Shown: piece after piece, positions 1 through 6,272 of the stretch
How positions within the stretch are numbered: the stretch's first letter is position 1
Layout of the letters: the number at the start of each line of letters is the position of its first letter
Assembly (NCBI GenBank): GCA_016204805.1
Contig: JACQKA010000004.1
Location: 1 to 12,576, forward strand
DNA from: Candidatus Kaiserbacteria bacterium
GTDB taxonomy: Bacteria; Patescibacteriota; Minisyncoccia; Phycocordibacterales; UBA2100
Reading direction: 5' to 3'
DNA length: 12,576 bases
Program-made: the position numbers and the translations under genes
Notes under the pieces: model-generated
The model's database searches: none
Told to the model about the DNA's origin: nothing
The model's input: the letters and a program-made list of their open reading frames with translations, nothing else

Positions 1-480
1 GACTTTAACCTTTCCACGCGCTTCGTCAAGTTCTCCCACCTTGCCCTCGAGATCCTTGAACGGCCCGTCGATGATGAGTACCGCGTCGTCAATCGAAAGG
101 TCGATGGTGTGTTTCGGCATGCCTTCGTTCATCTGCGCAAAAATGCCGTCCACTTCCGCCTTGGTGAGCGGCACTGCCTGATTCGCGGTGCCGACGAAAC
201 CGGTGACCTGCGGCGTGTTGCGCACGACGCTCCATGCGTCATCCGTAGGCACCATGTCGACAAGCACGTATCCGGAGAGTATTTTTTCGCGGATCTCCGC
301 CTTGCGGCCGCCTTTCACTTTTATTTTTTTCTCGACAGGCACGACAACGTCAAAGATCCTTTCCTTCATACCGAACGATTCGATGCGCTGACGCAGATTA
401 CGCGCGACCGCATCTTCGTATCCGGAATACGTATGCACTGCATACCATCCGCGCTGTGCTCCGTGTACTTGTTTAGCCAT
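1..480 (-). CDS. nusG: Transcription termination/antitermination factor NusG (C-terminal end runs off the window)
   Basis: Absent from the ORF track because it is open at the window edge. Hand translation from the ATG (cat 478-480) gives MAKQVHGAQRGWYAVHTYSGYEDAVARNLRQRIESFGMKERIFDVVVPVEKKIKVKGGRKAEIREKILSGYVLVDM...IIDGPFKDLEGKVGELDE. This shows the NGN-domain pattern (WY.V.T.SG.E) and the start of a KOW motif. It begins 3 nt after the secE stop, which is the conserved secE-nusG order. Confidence 0.85.
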   Translation of the reverse strand, partial: MAKQVHGAQRGWYAVHTYSGYEDAVARNLRQRIESFGMKERIFDVVVPVEKKIKVKGGRKAEIREKILSGYVLVDMVPTDDAWSVVRNTPQVTGFVGTANQAVPLTKAEVDGIFAQMNEGMPKHTIDLSIDDAVLIIDGPFKDLEGKVGELDEARGKVKV

Positions 481-483
481 AGT

Positions 484-813
484 TTATTGCGCTTGAGGCG
501 CCGGTGCCGTACCCTTCGGCGCCGGTTCATTCGTAAAGACCGGCATGCTGTTGTTCGCCCCCGGCACTACAGTGAAGTCCGGAGTCGGGGTCGCCGGCGG
601 CGTTGTTACTACAGGAGCCGACAAACCTTCGGTGCCCAGGAACGTCTGCAATCCGCGCGTGAAGAAGAAGTCAAAGAAGCCGATGTATAGCGCGACAGCG
701 ATCGAAATGCCGATCACGAGCACCGTGTATACGATGGTCTGCATCTGCGTCGGCCATGCGACATGCTTGAGCTCGACACGGGTGTCTTGGATGTATTTAC
801 CAAATGCACTCAT
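484..813 (-). CDS. secE: Preprotein translocase subunit SecE, with a ~50-aa Pro/Thr/Ala-rich C-terminal tail
   Basis: The 109-aa ORF carries the SecE signature ELKHVAWPT followed by a single TM segment (TIVYTVLVIGISIAVALYIGFFDFFF). It lies immediately upstream of nusG. The tail is GTEGLSAPVVTTPPATPTPDFTVVPG...APKGTAPAPQAQ. Confidence 0.8.
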   Translation of the reverse strand: MSAFGKYIQDTRVELKHVAWPTQMQTIVYTVLVIGISIAVALYIGFFDFFFTRGLQTFLGTEGLSAPVVTTPPATPTPDFTVVPGANNSMPVFTNEPAPKGTAPAPQAQ

Positions 814-835
814 ACTATTTAATCTTCATTTTAAA

Positions 836-851
836 ACGCCCTTTCGGGCGC
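836..851 (-). terminator. Short GC hairpin with a GAAA tetraloop followed by UUUU (terminator or 5' UTR stem-loop)
   Basis: The minus strand reads GCGCCC-GAAA-GGGCGU followed by UUUAAAAUG. It lies ~22 nt upstream of the secE ATG and just downstream of the predicted promoter at 865-893. Confidence 0.35.
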
Positions 852-864
852 TCAATATATGGGC

Positions 865-893
865 ATACTACTCCCGCCGCGAGAGAAAGTCAA
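865..893 (-). promoter_or_regulatory. Sigma-70-like promoter candidate for secE-nusG
   Basis: On the minus strand, TTGACT (888-893) is followed by a 17-nt spacer and TAGTAT (865-870). It sits ~50 nt upstream of the secE ATG. Confidence 0.4.
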
Positions 894-901
894 GAGCCGA
901 A

Positions 902-1018
902 GTTTGTTGAAAATCGATGCAATGCGAGGCGCGGACGAGGAGCGAACCGACCCGTATTAACAATACGGTGAGGGAGCACCGGAGTCCGCAACGAAGCAGA
1001 GCGCGATTTTCAGCAAAC
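902..1018. repeat. 117-bp intergenic element bounded by 15-bp inverted repeats, with internal hairpins
   Basis: GTTTGTTGAAAATCG (902-916) and CGATTTTCAGCAAAC (1004-1018) are complementary at 14/15 positions. Inside are GCGGAC (931-936) / GTCCGC (984-989) and a central 7-bp hairpin CCGTATT-AAC-AATACGG (952-968). Confidence 0.6.
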
Positions 1019-1189
1019 TTATTTCATCCGAACGCCTTTGAATGTCTTGCCCTTGCGCGCCATTTGATCCATGAAGCGACCAGTTTTGTTGTCGACTTTC
1101 GTCCAGCGTTTGTTACGTGGAGAAAGCACTTGGGAGCGCTTTGATACTTTCCCCGACCGCCCGTGACCCTTTGGTCCATTCTTCGCCAT
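1019..1189 (-). CDS. Hypothetical small, highly basic protein (56 aa)
   Basis: The ORF is probably missing from the track because it is short. Hand translation gives MAKNGPKGHGRSGKVSKRSQVLSPRNKRWTKVDNKTGRFMDQMARKGKTFKGVRMK, stopping at TAA (1019-1021). An extended -10 box sits 6 nt upstream of its ATG. I recognise no family, and it is not L33. Confidence 0.45.
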   Translation of the reverse strand: MAKNGPKGHGRSGKVSKRSQVLSPRNKRWTKVDNKTGRFMDQMARKGKTFKGVRMK

Positions 1190-1195
1190 GTGTCT

Positions 1196-1204
1196 ATTAT
1201 ACCA
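1196..1204 (-). promoter_or_regulatory. Extended -10 element TGgTATAAT, 6 nt upstream of the small-ORF ATG
   Basis: The minus strand reads TGG-TATAAT-agacac-ATG. The -35 region (AATCTT) is poor, as expected for extended -10 promoters. Confidence 0.35.
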
Positions 1205-1223
1205 ACGCTACAACGCGCAAGAT

Positions 1224-2924
1224 TCATTCTGTTAATATCCGTGCGAGTTTCAGATCGTCGAATGAATAGACTCCCTTGAGTGCTTGGTGCACGGGGGTAA
1301 GCCGCTCGGTACCGTACCGTTTGAACGCGGCTTCGATGTGCGGAAGCGCTTTTTTGAGTGCGGGTGAAATCATGCGCGCGATCTGCTCTCGAGTGACTTC
1401 GTCTTTCATATACAGCTGTGTGATGTGATCGATAATCGTGCTCTGTTTGAGACCCCGCTCTTTCGCAATCTCTGCGATACTCTTCCCTGCCTGCGCAAGC
1501 GAAAGCGTCGATGCGTGCGAATCACCTTTTTTGGCAGTGCGTTGTGTTCTCTTTTTTGGTGCAACACCGCCCGCGATCGATCCTCCTGCAGCTTTGATGA
1601 AGCGATGGACGTGTTCAGTGTGATCGATACTATTCATCATGCCGAAATGACCGCGCGCATCGGCGGAACGGCGTTTGAATTCCATATCGTGTTCCTGCAC
1701 CTCGGGATGCGTTTCAAGCGCGCGATCGTTCCATCCGAGCACATGGAGTCCCGATAGATTGCGCACGCGCGACAGCGCCACATATCCTTGCCCGTATTCA
1801 AATGCTTCGCGCAGATCGATAACCGCCTCGTCGAGCGTCATGCCCTGCGATTTGTGCACGGTGATAGCCCACGCGAGTCGGAGCGGTAGCTGGGTAATGC
1901 GGCCCAAGATACGGCCGCTATCACCAATGACCCATTCCGCCGGCTCGACGCTGATAGTGCTTCCTCGCAAGGTGCGCACGGTGGGCACACCATCAGCCGC
2001 AATCGCCGTGACCTCTCCTAAGGTTCCGTTTGCAAACGCGCCACCTGAAAGGTCGTTCTTGGTGAACATGACGCGGGCGCCTTGTTTGAGCGTGAGCGTC
2101 TCGGGCGAAAGGCATCCCCGTTTTAGGTTCGCGATTATGCTTTCCGGTCCGTGCGACGTCATCGTATACGCATGGGGTTTCCCCGCCATCGACTGGAGAC
2201 GTTTCGTATTCAAATGGTCGACATCTTTGTTGTGCGAGAACAGCCGCGGCGCATCCGCGGGCGCATCGCCTTCGCGTACCGAACGGGATTTGAGCGTCTG
2301 TTTCGCTTTTTCTACGTCGCCCCCACGGCGGATAGCACTCAATAGATGCACGAATGCCGCGTCCGATTGCCGATGCTGTTCGGAAAGATAACAGACGATC
2401 GGGTTGAGCTTGGCCCATGCGCGCGAGCGGAATGCGAACGGTGACTCGCTTTCATCGTAATCAATGGTGGGCTCGGCGTTCCTCCGTACGATGGGAGGCA
2501 ATTGAAAGAAATCCCCCACGACGACGACCTGCATACCCCCGAACGGCTCGGTGCGTTCGCGCGCGGCGCGCAATACCATGTCCACCATCTCGAGCACATT
2601 GCCCGAGAGCATCGACACCTCGTCGATTATCAAAACTTCCGTGCCGCGTGCGCGGCGCTTCACGTTGCTTTTGTCGGCGATCTCCGCAACGTCCCATTCG
2701 GTCAGGTGATCGCGTATGCCGATGCCGCTCCATGAATGGATGGTCATGCCGCCTATGTGCGTCGCCGCAATGCCCGTCGATGCGGTTATCGCCGGTTCGA
2801 TACCGTGTTCGCGTAGCCATCGCACATAGCTATTGATGGTGTATGTCTTGCCGCTTCCTGGCTCGCCCGTGAGGAAAACATTCGCACCTGTTTTCAGAAC
2901 TTTGAGCGCTTCGTCCTGTGTCAT
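1224..2924 (-). CDS. PIF1/RecD-like superfamily 1 DNA helicase with a C-terminal helix-turn-helix domain
   Basis: The 566-aa ORF carries Walker A GEPGSGKT, motif II LIIDEVSM, the PIF1/RecD-type motif VVVGDFFQLPPI and the late motif ITVHKSQG. A C-terminal HTH-like segment reads LSLAQAGKSIAEIAKERGLKQSTIIDHI. Confidence 0.9.
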   Translation of the reverse strand: MTQDEALKVLKTGANVFLTGEPGSGKTYTINSYVRWLREHGIEPAITASTGIAATHIGGMTIHSWSGIGIRDHLTEWDVAEIADKSNVKRRARGTEVLIIDEVSMLSGNVLEMVDMVLRAARERTEPFGGMQVVVVGDFFQLPPIVRRNAEPTIDYDESESPFAFRSRAWAKLNPIVCYLSEQHRQSDAAFVHLLSAIRRGGDVEKAKQTLKSRSVREGDAPADAPRLFSHNKDVDHLNTKRLQSMAGKPHAYTMTSHGPESIIANLKRGCLSPETLTLKQGARVMFTKNDLSGGAFANGTLGEVTAIAADGVPTVRTLRGSTISVEPAEWVIGDSGRILGRITQLPLRLAWAITVHKSQGMTLDEAVIDLREAFEYGQGYVALSRVRNLSGLHVLGWNDRALETHPEVQEHDMEFKRRSADARGHFGMMNSIDHTEHVHRFIKAAGGSIAGGVAPKKRTQRTAKKGDSHASTLSLAQAGKSIAEIAKERGLKQSTIIDHITQLYMKDEVTREQIARMISPALKKALPHIEAAFKRYGTERLTPVHQALKGVYSFDDLKLARILTE

Positions 2925-3065
2925 ACCCGCACACCCATTCGCACCTTGCGGCTTCGCCGCGGCGCGCTATGAATAAAGCAACGTTTTGCAAAAAAAGCAC
3001 TCGCGAAACCACTGCCAAGAGGTTGTTTGGAAATATGCCTAGGTGCGAATGGGTGTGCGGGCATG
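2922..3065. repeat. 144-bp unit made of 24-bp inverted repeats (23/24 match, inner 20 perfect) flanking a 96-bp spacer and overlapping the helicase start codon
   Basis: Positions 2922-2945 read CATACCCGCACACCCATTCGCACC. Positions 3042-3065 read GGTGCGAATGGGTGTGCGGGCATG, whose reverse complement differs only at position 4 (A vs G). The CAT at 2922-2924 is the helicase ATG. Confidence 0.8.
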
Positions 3066-3096
3066 GACGGATTGTACACTACTGTCGTCCCTAACC

Positions 3097-3130
3097 AAAA
3101 ACCGCGCACGTTTGAGCGTGCGCGGTTTTT
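3097..3130 (-). terminator. Rho-independent, symmetric (bidirectional-type) terminator after the SIMPL gene
   Basis: AAAAA-CCGCGCACG-tttgag-CGTGCGCGG-TTTTT forms a 9-bp GC-rich stem with a 6-nt loop and has A/T runs on both sides. It starts 10 nt beyond the stop at 3140. Confidence 0.7.
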
Positions 3131-3139
3131 GCAGCCACT

Positions 3140-3952
3140 CTATCGAATCTCGTACGTAATGGTCACGTTTGAGGTAATCTTGTTCTCCCCGGTGGGCACA
3201 CTCGGTGCCATCGCGGGGACTGCACTGCCGTAACCAGAATCCGCGCTCATGAGCGCTTCGCGTTTCATATAGATCGGGTACCCGCCACTGTTTTCGTTGA
3301 AGCCGACAATGCGCACGAGCGATACGCCAAGCTGGTTCGCGAGTTCTTTCGCTTTGCCTTCTGCATCGGCGATTGCCTTTGCACGGGCATCAGCATTGAG
3401 TTTGTCTTCCTGATCAATGGTGAACGAAAGTCCGCTTACGCTGTTCACGCCGAGTTTGCCGACGCCCGAAAGCAGGTCGCCTGCCTGTGCCGTGTCGCGC
3501 ACTTTGACTTCAACCGTTTGCGATACTTCGAATCCATCCATCACCTGTTTTCCTGGAGGGCAGCGATTCGCAGTACAGGTTTCCTGTATCCATTCGTATT
3601 TCGGGTTCACGTTGTAGGAGGTCGTCTTGATGTCTTTCTCCTCTATGCCTTGCGCCTTGAGGTAATCGACGATGGCATTGCTCTTCTTGGTCGCTACCGT
3701 CTGCGCATCTTTCACTTCTTTTGCCTCTTCCAAAACAGTGACACTGAATGTCGCAAGGTCCGGCACAGCAAAGATTTCACCCTCGCCGGAAACGGTGATG
3801 GTGTTTGTCGCCGTGGTGCCCGAACCCACGAACCTGAATTCTTTGAACGTCTTGATGGCGCTGGCCGCTCCCCATAGAGCGAACGTGACGAGCGCTATGG
3901 TCGCCGCCTTCATAACCATCTCCGGCGGCACGATGTGTACTTCCTGTGGCAT
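3140..3952 (-). CDS. SIMPL/DUF541-family secreted or membrane-anchored protein
   Basis: The 270-aa ORF has an N-terminal TM/signal segment (KAATIALVTFALWGAASA). The pattern VSGEGEIFAVPDLATFSVTV, followed by alternating beta/alpha segments, is typical of SIMPL-type periplasmic proteins. The start could instead be the internal Met at 3919. Confidence 0.7.
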   Translation of the reverse strand: MPQEVHIVPPEMVMKAATIALVTFALWGAASAIKTFKEFRFVGSGTTATNTITVSGEGEIFAVPDLATFSVTVLEEAKEVKDAQTVATKKSNAIVDYLKAQGIEEKDIKTTSYNVNPKYEWIQETCTANRCPPGKQVMDGFEVSQTVEVKVRDTAQAGDLLSGVGKLGVNSVSGLSFTIDQEDKLNADARAKAIADAEGKAKELANQLGVSLVRIVGFNENSGGYPIYMKREALMSADSGYGSAVPAMAPSVPTGENKITSNVTITYEIR

Positions 3953-4038
3953 ATCAAATATGAAAAATGCTAATAACTAATACTCTTATAATACTACGAC
4001 GGTGCAGTAGCGCTGTTTCTTACCAACAGCAGTGCTTT

Positions 4039-4115
4039 TGGGGTGGCTGATGGGGCTCGAACCCACGACCGCCTGGACCACAACCAGGAGCTCTACCAGC
4101 TGAGCTACAGCCACC
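4039..4115 (-). tRNA. tRNA-His (anticodon GTG) with encoded G-1 and CCA
   Basis: Hand fold: G(-1) GTGGCTG TA GCTC AGCTGGTA GAGC T CCTGG TTGTGGT CCAGG CGGTC GTGGG TTCGAGC CCCAT CAGCCAC C CCA. The G-1:C73 pair is the bacterial tRNA-His hallmark. Confidence 0.9.
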
Positions 4116-4200
4116 ATACTACTTATGAGATTTCGGCTTAAGCAAGTCCTTCTCTCGTCCTATATCATAATGATGAACTAGAAAATGGCAATTGTGTAGG

Positions 4201-4755
4201 CTATTTATACTCCGGCGGGGTTTCGGTGATGTCGACGCGGGCGTTTGCCAAACGCGCGAGGGCGTACAGAAGCGACGAAAGCCGATTCAGATACGCACGG
4301 GTGTGATCGGCAATGGGACGCTGTCCTTCGTCGTGCACAGCGACCACTCGCCGCTCTGCACGCCGCGCAAGCGTGCGCGCAACGTCAAACCAAGCCGAAA
4401 GCTCCGTCGCGCCAGAAATGAGGAAACTTCTGATGGGCGGCAATTCCTTTTCGATCGCGTTTATGAGCGCTTCCATACTCTTCACACTGGCCTCCGGCAC
4501 GCGCTTCTCTGCCCCAGCCATTTCTGCCTGCACCGTGAACAGATGATCCTGCACATCGTGTATCAAATCCGCGACAGAACGCCCTTCTGCGGAAAAAGAA
4601 TCGCGGCGTGCAAACATTTTGCACAACCCGAGGAAAGAATTGCATTCATCGAGTGAACCCAACGCCTCGGCTATGCTCGAGCTCTTGGACATCTTTTGAT
4701 TGCAGCCGAATAGCCCCGTTTTCCCGCCATCGCCTTTCCCAGTGAAGAGAGCCAT
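4201..4755 (-). CDS. PduO-type ATP:cob(I)alamin adenosyltransferase
   Basis: The N-terminal motif FTGKGDGGKTGL matches the T.xGDxGxT signature, and the rest is a ~180-aa helical-bundle-length protein. The track starts at GTG (4761), but the ATG at 4755 is more likely. Confidence 0.8.
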   Translation of the reverse strand: MALFTGKGDGGKTGLFGCNQKMSKSSSIAEALGSLDECNSFLGLCKMFARRDSFSAEGRSVADLIHDVQDHLFTVQAEMAGAEKRVPEASVKSMEALINAIEKELPPIRSFLISGATELSAWFDVARTLARRAERRVVAVHDEGQRPIADHTRAYLNRLSSLLYALARLANARVDITETPPEYK

Positions 4756-4761
4756 ATGCAC

Positions 4762-4767
4762 AGTATA
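4762..4767 (-). promoter_or_regulatory. -10-like TATACT, 6 nt upstream of the adenosyltransferase ATG
   Basis: The minus strand reads gcaTATACT-gtgcat-ATGGCT. There is no GGAGG-type SD. Confidence 0.35.
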
Positions 4768-4777
4768 TGCCAGAAGA

Positions 4778-6156
4778 CTATGTATTTAATTTCTTTTCCC
4801 ACCTGTCTGCGATTGCTTTCGCTTTCTTGGCGGCAATACCCGTATACAGTTCAGACGAACCGAGCGCAGCACGCTGTGTCCGCGTCATTTTTTTAAGATA
4901 GTTTTTCATATCCGGATCATTCTTAATGACCTCTTCGAGAGCTTGCTGTCTCCGTTCCGCCTCAAGCGTAAGCAATCGTACTTTTTCATGTGCGTCAGGA
5001 TGTCCGAGAGAAGCGAGAATGATGTAGAGCGGCTCGGCAATGATCATTCCTTTTTGCAGTGCGAAATTCCGCCTTAGGTTACTTCGATCAACACTCAGTT
5101 TCCTCATCGCGCCTTCGAGTCGTTTTATCGTGACCACTGTATACCCGATCATTTCGCCATATGTTCGCGCGGAGGCGGAATTAGTCAGATCACGCTGGTG
5201 TTCGCTTATCTGATCCATGAACACAGTGATGAGGCGAGGCATGACGACTTTCCACATACTTTTCACATTCTCGAAATTGATAGGGTTACGCTTGTGCGGC
5301 ATGGTTGATGATCCAACCTGATTTGACGCAAACATCTCCCCCACTTCTCCTATTTCTGTCCGTTGGAGGTGTCGCATGTCATCGGCAAGATTTGCAAGGA
5401 TGCCCATCACTATCGTTACTTCGCACAACAGTCGCGCAAGCGGCTCTGGCGGCGCTATCTGAGTCGAGTGTTCAGCCGGAGTCAGCCCGAGTTCGACAAG
5501 CACCTCTGCTTCAAAGGATTCAGGATTCTTGAAAAACAGTGTCGATGCGTTATACGCACCAACGGCTCCAGAAAATTTCCCCGTCATAGTAATCGCGCGC
5601 GCTTCCAGCTCCTCAATGGATGTACCTAAACGGCTCACATAACCCGCAAGCGCAAAGCCGAATGTAATGGGCACCGCATGCTGACCATGTGTCCTGCCGA
5701 CTTGTACGGTCTCTGCTTCTCTGCGAACGATCCTAATGAGCATTTTTCTAATTTAGTAAGTGCTAGGGTGAGGACATGTTGAACCACTTCCTTAAAACGT
5801 AGCGCATTGGCCGAGTCGATGATGTCATAAGAGGTAGCCGTCATATGCACATACGGCTTTGCCGCATCGCTCACTTTGGACCGGATAACATTCACGAGCG
5901 CACGGATGTCGTGCCGGATCCGCTCTTCTTCTTTATATACTTCTTCAGGGGTCACTATCCTGCATGCGTGTTCGATTTCTCGAGCAATGCTTTTCGAACA
6001 GAGCCCCCGCCGATGCAAAACTTTGACGAGTGTTTTTTCGACAAGAAGTTTGTAGCGCAAAAATCCTTCTTCAGAAAGGTATTCCGCAACTTCTTTGTCC
6101 CAGTACCGATAGTCGATCGGTGAAATGCTCTCGAATTGGTTTCGTTTTTTCTTCAA
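4778..6156 (-). pseudogene. purB: Adenylosuccinate lyase interrupted by a 1-nt frameshift at an A5 run
   Basis: The N-terminal part (frame of ORF 5635-6336) reads ISPIDYRYWDKEVAEYLSEEGFLRYKL...HMTATSYDIIDSANALRF...LTKLEK. The C-terminal part (ORF 4778-5743) reads MLIRIVRREAETVQVGRTHGQHAVPITFG...SSTMPHKRNPINFEN, which carries the fumarate-lyase signature. The two parts abut at minus-strand GAAAAATG (plus T5, 5743-5747), and one extra A would fuse them. The only in-frame start after the tRNA is TTG at 6156. Confidence 0.8.
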
Positions 6157-6157
6157 G

Positions 6158-6241
6158 TGCGCAGGAGAGGACTTGAACCTCCACGCCCTTACGGGCACAG
6201 CCACCTCAAGGCTGCGCGGATACCAATTTCGCCACCTGCGC
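6158..6241 (-). tRNA. tRNA-Leu (anticodon GAG), long variable arm, no encoded CCA
   Basis: Hand fold: GCGCAGG TG GCGAAATTGGTATCCGC G CAGCC TTGAGGT GGCTG TGCCCGTAAGGGCGT GGAGG TTCAAGT CCTCT CCTGCGC A (84 nt). Confidence 0.9.
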
Positions 6242-6272
6242 AGGTGTTTGTCAAGAGCCGCATCCGATTCAG

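Noticed and set aside
109-910. Plus-strand ORFs of 193 aa (109-690), 121 aa (545-910) and 67 aa (188-391)
   Set aside because: They lie antisense to well-supported nusG and secE. Their translations are Arg-rich and low in complexity, with no recognisable motifs. They are typical shadow ORFs in GC-rich coding DNA.
931-989. tRNA-like reading of the GCGGAC...GTCCGC segment with a 7-nt loop (TTGTTAA or TTAACAA)
   Set aside because: It is only 59 nt long. It has no D arm with GG and no T arm with a TTCGA-type loop, so it cannot form a cloverleaf.
981-1000. Resemblance of GUCCGCAACGAAGCAG (plus strand) to the SRP RNA domain IV motif GUCCGGAAGGAAGCAG
   Set aside because: The motif is not at the apex of the long hairpin, the tetraloop-closing pair does not form and the opposing-strand motif is missing.
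1024-1227. 67-aa minus-strand ORF from the track
   Set aside because: It overlaps the helicase stop codon, has no promoter-like or coupling context and reads as random basic sequence. The 56-aa frame with a TGgTATAAT box 6 nt upstream is preferred, though neither frame is proven.
1675-2391. 238-aa plus-strand ORF inside the helicase. Similar antisense ORFs occur at 7745-8401 and 11528-12064.
   Set aside because: They lie antisense to strongly supported genes and are Ser/Arg/Cys/Pro-rich with no motifs. They are GC-driven shadow ORFs.
3027-3233. 68-aa plus-strand ORF that starts at the distal arm of the helicase inverted repeat (ATG at 3063)
   Set aside because: It runs antisense through the terminator hairpin and the 3' end of the SIMPL gene, and its sequence has no recognisable features. 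The ATG is explained by being the mirror image of the helicase start.
6249-6254. Perfect TTGACA -35 hexamer (minus strand) just upstream of tRNA-Leu
   Set aside because: A -10 at the correct spacing would fall inside the tRNA body, so it cannot be the promoter for this tRNA. It is likely a chance match.
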